A stretch of DNA of 64,000 nucleotides, taken from contig NC_043018.1 in assembly GCF_006345805.1 (NCBI RefSeq), positions 25,420,001 to 25,484,000 of the forward strand, read 5' to 3'. Origin of the DNA: Octopus sinensis. Its lineage: Eukaryota. How positions within the stretch are numbered: position 1 is the first letter of the stretch; every line of letters begins with the position of its first letter. The notes under the pieces are model-generated. The model saw nothing but the letters and a program-made list of their open reading frames with translations. It had not been told where the DNA came from and searched no databases. Shown here piece after piece: positions 54,783 through 64,000 of the stretch. The position numbers and the translations under genes are program-made.

Positions 54783-56014
54783 TTAAATCTGTTGACAGAA
54801 TTATTATACTTCATATCTTCACATCATGTTACGGTTATAAGCAAGTGTGTCATGCAAGCAGTTTCAAATCTTCCTGGAAAATCTGTCTGGCCATGGAGAA
54901 ACATTACCTTGTTTGGAAATGAGGGTTGGTGACAGGAAAGGCACTTGGCCATAAAAAAAAAAAATTCATAAGCTAGAGTTTCCCTAATTCATACAGTCTC
55001 CTAATAAGATCTAGAACCACTATAGTTGACAGATGAACAGTTAGTGATACTCTCTGCTGTATTCTATTTCAATATCATGTGATTTTGAGGATATATTTGC
55101 TGTCCATTCTCCCACAAGACATTACAGTGCAGCTTTTTGCTTATGAATTAGAGATTTGCCAGCTCTGTCTGACACCTGTGCGGGTGGCACGTAAAAAGCA
55201 CCCACTACACTCACGGAGTGGTTGGCGTTAGGAAGGGCATCCAGCTGTAGAAACTGCCAGATCTGACTGGGCCTGATGAAGCCTTCTAGCTTCACAGACC
55301 CCAGTTGAACCGTCCAACCCATGCTAGCATGGAAAACAGATGCTAAACGATGATGATGATGATTTAAAAAAAGTTTTTTTTTCTAGTTTAATCTAGAGGA
55401 ATTGGGGTTTGTGCCCTGACTCTCATAGGTCTTTTGGAACTACTAGGATCAGTGCCATCTTTATGTTCAGTTTAAATATCTGTAATTTAGTGTGGTAATG
55501 AGCTGATGCTCAAGATGGAAGGAAGAATTGGGACAAAGGGATTAGTGCAAGGCCTAGGGTGGATGAATTAAAAGGCTCCAGTGGAGGTATGTCAAAAGCT
55601 AGATGAGTGAAGCTGTTGTAGTAGTGACTATAAATAGATAGAGGTGAGCGGAGTATAATAATAGTTGTGTAGGGCAGTAGGGCAAACATTATGGCATGTT
55701 TGGTTGTTACCAGTTTGCTAATACGTTAGGTGGGCCATTTAAGGCGCTGAGCTGGCAGACTCATTAGCACACTGGCAAAATGCTTAGGGACATTTCTTTC
55801 ATCTTCATATTGTGAGTAGTAATTCCACTGAGGTTGACTTTACCTTTCATCCTTCCGGGGTCAATAAAATAAGTACCACTGGGATCGATGTAATTGGCTT
55901 ATGCCCTCTCCCGGAGTAACTGGTCTTGTTCCAAAATTTGAAACCAATACAGTTTGGAATGGATATAAGTCAGAATTAATGATGGAAGCATGACATGAGC
56001 CTCATGTATTAATC

Positions 56015-56123
56015 TAGGCATGGGCAACGTTTTTTGAGAAGTAGGCCACATGAAACGAAGCTCACGGTAATTTTTCATTTGGCATGCAATTCACAGTCTC
56101 GAGTTGCAGTTTGCCCTTGACTG
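56015..56123. mobile_element. Small hAT-like MITE
   Basis: Termini taggcatgggcaa / ttgcccttgactg; 8-bp TSD tattaatc / tattagtc (1 mismatch). Confidence 0.55.
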
Positions 56124-58226
56124 TATTAGTCACCGTGTGTATAGAAAATGTGTGATTGATATTTGCTGAAATTAGTCATAAAGCAAGATCACTCTATCCC
56201 TAACCTCATTTTCCATTGACCTGAAATGCAGTGACCTGTATGCTTGGTCAAATAAAACCAATAACTATGAGAATATATTCGAGGCAATGTAAAACGTGCA
56301 GTAATTAATGTAATGCTTCTGTGTAAACAAATGATTTTAGCTAATCCTGTAAGAAGAGTTAAATATGTACAAGCTACTTTCACTTTCATACATCAAGACA
56401 TGATAAATATGTTTTAAGCTAAGCTGTAAAAACCAAAAGGAAACAACTATAATATAACAAAAAAAAAGCCCCCTTTTTATGTGTATTATGGCTTTACTAC
56501 ACATGTATTAGGAAATTACAGTGGATATCATGATTGTTGTGCATCTATGTAACATCTGTTCTTGTTGCCTTGTGATTGATGGATTCTGCTGTTTCAATAA
56601 GAGAAAAATCAACATTTATACAAACTCTGATGATATATATGAAAGATGCTTTCTCTGTTTTTGTTTTTATGCTGTAACATCAGCTTCAAATAGGTTATTA
56701 AAACGTCCTGTTATCTCTTAATGGTGTCTTACTCTCTCGCCTTCCCCCTCACTCTGTATGTGTGCTTTTCTTTTCTTTACTTTTTTTGCTGATTAACTGT
56801 TCAACAATAGATGTTGTTAACTTCAGTCAAGCTGTCTATTAAATCTGTTGACAGAATTATTATACTCCATGTCTGAAATGCATAATCTTAGCTGTCATAT
56901 GACTACACTACTGCTGATAGAGGATCTCTGTGATTGTCTGGTGACACTAATTTTTAGAGACTCTGGCTGTTGATCATAAGACATTTAAATAAAACGACTT
57001 CTCGTCAAGTGCTTGACTACTTCATCTTTTCATAATTATATTCCTTAATGAGATGATATTGCCTATGTGTTCTAATTCAACACAACCAAAGGTTTTGTAG
57101 GGCTTTAGAGAAATATTTGTAGCCCCCCCTCTCTCCCCCCCTCTTGTGTGTGTGTGTGTGTGTGTGTGTTGATGTTTAGCCTCAGGTCAGACTGATAGGC
57201 CAGACCTATGATCAGACATTCCAGCTGTGACTATCTTGTCTTTTTAGGAGGAATGTAGAACTGCATCATCTTAAAATAGAATGTGATTTGTGGTGGGATT
57301 TGATTGTCGTTTCTGCCATGTCAAACAGCCACCTGGTGGCTCTCTTGGTTGGCAAGTGTGTGTGTGTGTGTATTACGATGGTGTTATGAACTGTTGAAAT
57401 CATATGTACTAACCGAATAGGAAACCTCTACAAACATTGGCACACAGTGTTCAAATAAATTTGTGTGTGTGTTTCTTTATTTGCTTAGCAATTCTTGAAT
57501 CATTTTACTTTTCACTAAGACATGCTGCAAGGGAAATAAACTCAAATGGACCAGCAGCCATGAATTTGGATAACTAAGTTAAAGGATGATGTATTGAATG
57601 TCACACACACACACACACCCGCGTGCGCGCACACACACAACTGATAACTGAAATTTTCCTCTGAGTTGGAGAAAGGCAGTTGTAATCTAGTAGCAAAAGG
57701 CCCTTAATGTTGAGGTATTTGTATTTAGATAGATCCGTTCTGTTAGGGCTAACCTGGGGCTAAATAAGAATGACATTAACAATAAACACTTTAAAAATGG
57801 ATTTAATTTATGACTTCTAAGATTTAGCTTAGAAGCACCAGAGAGGATTTTAGCACTTACAGCACTTGGGTCTGATGGAATTTGAGGTGGATTTTCTGCA
57901 GCTGGATGCTCTTCCTGTTGCAAGTCCTCATCTGTCCCCAAATGAGATATTTCTCCGATGATAAGACATGTTTCCGCTGGATATTGCTAACAGAAAACAC
58001 TACTTGCATGATAACCATCATGCAGTATCAAAGCAAGGAGACAGTAACACACACATGACAACTTTCTCTGTCATGGTCAATGTGACAATCACACGCTACA
58101 CACCTTCCTTCCCAGCACTGCTGTAAACAGCAGGAGTGAGCTACAACATTAAAACTTAGTGTGCATGCACAGCAGAGTTCAAATTCAATCTGTGCCTAGT
58201 GGCTCTACTCTGCGTGCTTTAGCTCT

Positions 58227-58240
58227 GTTGCTACGGCAAC
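58227..58240. promoter_or_regulatory. RFX X-box motif
   Basis: GTTGCTACGGCAAC within the palindrome ctgttgc-tacg-gcaacag; close to the consensus GTTGCCATGGCAAC. Lies in apparently non-repetitive sequence about 120 bp upstream of the candidate first exon. Confidence 0.5.
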
Positions 58241-58356
58241 AGCCCAGATAGTTTTTGATCAGACCTCTTATAGTCGAATTGAATACTTTTAGTCAACATT
58301 AGTGCTTTTATTGCTATTTGCTTTCTATCTCTCGCTATTAATTGTCATCTAACATT

Positions 58357-58366
58357 ATGCTTGATA
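58357..58366 (+). CDS. Candidate alternative first coding micro-exon end (M-L-D, phase 1) for the B55 gene
   Basis: aacattATG CTT GAT A|gtaagt: A at -3, in-frame TAA just upstream, consensus donor, and a phase-1 join to 59278 giving [12 protein letters not shown]. No transcript evidence. Confidence 0.35.
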
Positions 58367-58569
58367 GTAAGTTTTTTTTCTATTGTTCTAAAATTTCTAA
58401 AATTAGTTACTTTCTATTTCTGTTCCCAAGTGAGTTAATACCTCCCTATGGCCAGTCATGTATTCACAGGAAATTTGAAACGGCCATTGCTTACATGATG
58501 GTAACACTTGTGTACAACTGTCACCTGATGCCAAGGAGACAGTAGTAAATGCACACACGCGTGCATGTT

Positions 58570-58880
58570 CACACACATTGGTAATGTCGGATACTAGATG
58601 ATTTGCATAATGTACCTTAGGCAACATTACCCAAAAAGTATAGAATCAGATCCGAAGGGCAATGCTAGAGAGCTAACAACAAAATTGTTAGTGAAGTTTT
58701 TTTTGTGGGAGCCTGCGCAAGGAGGAGATAGCAGAGGATGACAAACTAAGCCCTATATCAAGCAGATTAGTGATGAAGACATATATTCAGCAGGTCAGAG
58801 GGGTTGCAATTTGATGAATGAATTGGATGGCGACTGGAAGTCACTGGAACTGTACCAGTAGTGCAACTGGATGATGATGA
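58570..58880 (+). mobile_element. Decayed RTE-clade LINE 3' end
   Basis: IVSEVFFWEPAQG..SRG..KPYIKQI..D resembles the RTE C-terminus (LLLWEPxHGxRxRGRPxxTYIxQL..D); ends in (GAT)n. Confidence 0.5.
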
Positions 58881-58968
58881 TGATGATAACGAGAAGAAAT
58901 AATTGACACACTGGACCAGCCACAGCTGGGACACCTTTCATTATAGGTATTCTCAGTTAGCCCATTAA

Positions 58969-59186
58969 CCCTTTAGTGTTCAGATTATTCTATCAAACAT
59001 AATGCTTATTGATTCCCATTGATTTGAATTAATCCATGCATTATCTCATATCTTCAAGATCTTGATGGTGTAATTACTCATTGTAAAATAACATTGTAGG
59101 GTAGGTGTGAGAGCCTGGATCTGGTCAGTTTGAACATAAAACAGATTAACTATTTTGGCCGGATATGGCCGGTTTAAATACTAACT
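58969..59186. mobile_element. MITE family A about 90 bp upstream of the B55 acceptor
   Basis: TTAA at 58965-58968 and 59187-59190; nearly identical to the reverse complement of 37879-38097. Confidence 0.85.
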
Positions 59187-59277
59187 TTAACTTTAAGTTA
59201 GACGACTGGTATGTTTTATTACTGATGTGGTGATGATGATAACAATAATAATAATCTCTTTTTCTTTCTTTTTGCAG

Positions 59278-59375
59278 CCGACATTATTTCATGTGTAGAG
59301 TTTAATAGTGATGGAGAACTATTAGCCACTGGTGACAAAGGTGGACGGGTTGTCATTTTCCAACATGACAAATCT
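59278..59375 (+). CDS. PPP2R2/tws: Internal coding exon (98 nt, phase 1 to phase 0) of PP2A 55 kDa regulatory subunit B (B55/PR55, twins orthologue)
   Basis: Translates as (A)[32 protein letters not shown], matching the invariant B55 N-terminal WD40 motif DIIS[TC]VEF...[16 protein letters not shown]. Preceded by a polypyrimidine tract and ttgcag acceptor (ends 59277), followed by a gtaagt donor (59376). Size and phase match the corresponding vertebrate PPP2R2A exon as I recall it. Absent from the ORF track because it is an exon. Confidence 0.96.
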
Positions 59376-59858
59376 GTAAGTACTTGTTCTTTTATCTTTT
59401 CAGTCATTTTATTTCGTGTAATTTATTTTTTGTACATTTGTATTTAATTGTACTTGTAGTTGCTAGCTAATTAAGCATGATGCTCATAATTTAATTTTTT
59501 TGATATTCTTGCATTATTTTTAATAACATTTTAGATTTTCATAGGGATTGTGTAAGGTTAAGCTAATAGAAGAGTAGGTGTCAGAGCCATGCAAACCTGC
59601 TCAGATGGTTCTGACTGGTACCAAATGAATTTCCCAAAAGCATCAGTGTAGACATGGAGTAACTGCATCCAGATTGTATCTAGATAGGATATTTTTTTTA
59701 GGTGAGCTGATATAGTGTAGGTGTCCACTGTCTTGACCAGCTTTCTATATGGGCTACAAATCTGTAACTACACAAGGTGACTTTGAAAGAACACGGGTAG
59801 GGACTCATGGCTAATGTACCTGGAAGGGCTGTAGATAGACACTTCCTTCTTTGGTTAA

Positions 59859-60073
59859 CCCTTTAGTATTCAAATAGATCGTATCTGGCCCACATATTGT
59901 ACCTGTTTTCTGTTCAAACTGGCCAGATATATCCTTTCACACCGACTCTACAATGTTCTAAAAATATACAATCACGTCATCGAAATCTCAAAGCTAAGAG
60001 CTAAGGCATGATTAATTGGAAACAATGTAAATAAATAGGTATTACATTCCATAGTAATCTGAATACTAGAGGG
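59859..60073. mobile_element. MITE family A downstream of the B55 exon, opposite orientation to 58969-59186
   Basis: ttaa-ccctttagtatt start; ends gtaatctgaatactagaggg. Confidence 0.8.
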
Positions 60074-60229
60074 TATAACCATAATTGACTGTTTCTAGTT
60101 TCATTTGGAGAGGAAGGTGAGGGCAAGAATGGGGTGAGTTTGGTCCTCTTAATCTCAGCATTCCCCTATAGGGCAGAGAATGACCTCTGAGAGAGACCGT
60201 TTAACCTGAGTAGTCAGAATAATCTTGAA

Positions 60230-60680
60230 TTTGTTGGGGGGGGGGTGTAAATCAATTATATCGACACCCCACCACCTGTACCCAACTGGTACTTATTTTA
60301 TCAACCCCGACAGGATGAAGGGCAAAAATCGAACCATAGCAGTATTTGAGCTCAGAACATAATGTTGGAAGAAATGCTGTTAAGTGTTTCTTCTGGTGCA
60401 GTAATGAACCATTCTGCCAGCTCTATGACTTAACAACAACAACAAAAATAATCCTTTCTTCTATAGGCACAATGCCTGACATTTTAGGGTTGGGGGCTAG
60501 TCGATAACATCGACACTGCCCCCGCCCTCCTGGTGTTCACCTGATATTTATTCCATCACTCCTGAAAGGATGGAAGGCAAAGCTGACCACGGCAGAATTT
60601 GAACCCAGAACGTAAAGCTAGAAGAAACATTGCTAAGCATTTTGTCTGTTATGGTAGCGATTCTACCAGCTCCTGCCTTA
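60230..60680 (-). mobile_element. Two decayed SINE A-related copies
   Basis: actggtacttattttatc..gaaaggatg..ggcaaag..gaatttgaac motifs. Confidence 0.75.
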
Positions 60681-63600
60681 ATAATGGTAATTATAATGAT
60701 GTGATAAGAGTAGTAGTAGTAGTAATAGTAGTAATAATAATGATGATATGATAAGAGTAGTAGTAGTAATAATAATGGCCTCTCTCTCTTAATCTTACTT
60801 CTGCTGGTTGATTTGGTGTTGGCCATTTCGGCCAAGTACCATTCTAGAAATTGATACCACACCACACATTTTGTCCACCATCGGTTTGTTCTATGCTTCA
60901 TTTCCTGCACAATTCAAAACACATTTCATGTAATTTATGGCTAAACAAACTTAATTTGTCTATTGACCAATGTGGAGAGTGCCAGGGGCAGTGAAGAAAA
61001 CAAGAAAAGAATATGAGTGCTCTGTGACATACATTTTCTTGTACTTTCCCTCCTTCTTGGCAGTGATTTTGAAGATCTCTTAGGCATTGCTTAGTTCTTT
61101 TGTCTAATTGTCATGTTGTTATTGAAGAAAGTAGTTAGTCATTAATTAACATGAAGAACATTATTATTAATTTGTTTTATGCTATTTTAATTCCTGGATT
61201 TATTTTTAATTCATGGGCAACTGTGCAAAATATTTGTTTAATCTAAAATAGGAATAGGTAGGTTTAAAATGAAATTTGGTGGTTGAAATAGGATTTGGTG
61301 GGTCTTAAATAGAATTTAGTTGTTTTAAAATGAAATTTGCCTGGTCTAATATCGGATTTGATAGAACTAAATAAAATAAGGCTTCCAGTTTGTATTTGAT
61401 CTCTGATAAAGACAATGGTCTTAATTTGAGCTGATCCTTGACACAGAGGTCCTGTTTCCTTGTGCCTCTACTTATTTCACTGACCATGTTGATTAGCCAT
61501 GGGTAGGGAGATCAGTAACAAGGAGATCTGGTGGGAGAACTATTTTTTCTCAAATAGGGAAATAGGTGCTAGCATGGTTGTGTGGTTAAGAAGCTTGTTT
61601 CATAACCATATGGTTTTGGGTTCAGTCCCAATGGGCAGCACCTCAGGCAAATGTCTTTTACTACAGCCTCAGGGCTGATCAATACCTTGGGAATGAGTTT
61701 GGTAAGCTGGTGCCATTTAAAAAGCATCCAGTCCACACTGTAAAGTGATTACCATTTCGAAGGCTGTAAAAACCATGCCAAAACTGACCTTACCTGTGCT
61801 GGTGCCATGTGAAAGGGACTCGGCCTACTCTGTAGGGTGGTTGGTGTTAGGAAGGGTGTCCAGCTGTAAATAAAACTATGCCAAAACAGACACAGAAGTC
61901 TTGTGCAGGCTCCTGCCTGGCCAGCCCCTGTCAAATCATTCGATCCATGCCAGCATGGAAAGCGGATGTTAAATTATGACAATAATGAAACTGTGGAAGC
62001 CCATCATGTGGGTGGGTGTCCACCCCACCCCGCTATTTGACAACTGGTCTTGGTTTATTTATGTCCCTGTAAACTAGCAGTTCAGCAAAAGGCACCACTA
62101 AAATAAACATTAGACTTCAAAATAATTACTGGGATTGATTTCTTTGTGGTGGTACCCCAGCCTGGCCACGGTCCAGTGACTGAAAGAGGTAAAAGATAAA
62201 AAGATAAATAAAAGAATTTAGCTGGAATGTAACATTTTCATAAATATTCAATATGTGATTTTTAGTTGCAGCGAGCGAGAAGATTCTTCTGGACTTCTTT
62301 GGTTTCATACAACACTTAGGGCACCTTTTCAACAGACCTGTAGGAGGATAAAGTTCTTGCTCAGAATATATTCAAAGTTCTTGAATTCTTCTTCTCTTGG
62401 AACCTATTCCATACCATTTTATAGCCATGTTTGCAAGCCTGTCAGAAGATAGACAATAAAATTGCTTGCAAACCTGGCCTCTCTCTCTCCTCTTTTTGAT
62501 GCCTTGCCATATTATACAAAGAATTTCTGAGAGGCACAAATAATGAAAAGCATTTGATATGATACTCTTGTTTTCTGTATTTGTATTTCACACATAACCT
62601 TACATGTTACTCAACATGTTGGATGAACAAATGCCTAGCTTTATGGTCCTTCAGCAATTTTTGAGGAGTGAGATTTTGTGGATACCATTTGTCCTAGTGC
62701 TTGACTAATGCTTTATTTTATCAACACCCCAGAGGGATCAAAGGCAAAGTTGATCTCTCTAGGATTTTCTGACCGAATTTAAAGAACCGGAAGAAATACT
62801 GCTAAGCATTTTGTTTGCTGCTTTACCAATTCTGCTAGCTTGATAATAATTGCTTCTAACACAGGCACAAGGTCATAGAATTATGGTGAAGAGAACTGGA
62901 ACGTATACTGTTAGGTATTTTTGCACTATGCTCTGATGATCTTCCAATTCTATAACAGTAAATAGTAGTCGTTCCCTTAAGTCCTGATTTGGGAAGCTAA
63001 TTGAAAAGTACAAAAATAGGATGTACCATTTTCTTGATAGATTTATAGTTGCAGAAGCTTGAAAATGCCTGGACCACTGGCTCAAAATTTCATACACACA
63101 CACCTACCTACCTACTTCCTGCACATTATGATCATACCACATTACTTGACAGTGAAAATCAGTCAAGTGATATTATATCAAAGAGTAAAGCCAAACCACA
63201 CCTATTAAAAAAAAAAAAAGGTGTGGTTGAGAGAGTGTCTTGTGTAAATATGTATAATTTTTTTACTTTTTCAGTTCTTTTTTTTTTTTTTTTTTTACTT
63301 GTTTTCGTCATTAAACTGCAGCCATAGTGGAGCACTGCTTTTATTATAAAACATTCATATATATATATGTATGGATGTGCATATATATATTTATACACAC
63401 ACACCATCTGAGCATGATCATTGCCAGAGCGGCTATCTGGCCTCCGTGCCGGTGGCACGTAAAAGACACCATTTGAGCGTGATCGTTACCAGCATCGCCT
63501 TACTAGCATCTGTGCCGGTGGCATGTGTAAAAGATTCGAGCGAGGTCGTTGCCAGTACTGCCTGACTGGCCCCGTGCCAGTGGCACGTAAATGCACCCAC

Positions 63601-64000
63601 TACACTCTCGGAGTGGTTGGTGTTAGGAAGGGCATCCAGCTGTAGAAACTCTGCCAGATCAAAATTGAAGCCTGGTGCAGCCATCTGGTTCGCCAGCCCT
63701 CAGTCGATCGTCCAACCCATGCTAGCATGGAAAGCGGACGTTAAAGGATGATGATGACATACACATGTACGTACGTACCTGTATATATCATTGCTATTAT
63801 GCAAAACGTTGCTTTTTTCAGAAAAAAATAGTTTCGTCATTCCATAGCAAAACTGTTGTACTACACTTTGACAATTTTCGATATCCTGGCATCTGAAACT
63901 GCTAGAGATATGGTAGGTTGACCAAAAGAGCCAGCTATTGCAAGGAAAAATAAATATCGGGAAAAATGCGTGTGACCAAATTTGGACGTATGACAATTTG

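Overview
AT-rich, repeat-dominated animal genomic DNA. I infer a coleoid cephalopod, probably Octopus, from recognising its SINE/MITE families; this was not verified by a search. The only well-supported host coding sequence is one 98-nt internal exon of the PP2A B55 regulatory subunit gene (PPP2R2/twins) on the + strand at 59278-59375 ([33 protein letters not shown]). Much of the window is therefore probably its 5' intron(s). The rest is tRNA-headed SINEs, TTAA-flanked piggyBac-type MITEs, hAT MITEs, decayed L1/Tx1, RTE and Gypsy fragments, foldback elements and mini/microsatellites. Nearly all ORFs in the supplied track are spurious. The best leads are: (1) a candidate RFX-box-associated alternative first exon (ATG CTT GAT A|gtaagt) that splices in frame to the B55 exon; (2) a piggyBac insertion whose empty site survives in a local duplicate; (3) near-perfect foldback hairpins sitting in TA microsatellites; (4) a CpG-retention boundary near 13 kb that may mark a promoter/gene-body methylation transition; (5) inverted repeat pairs that could form intronic dsRNA. 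I found no convincing new multi-gene system.
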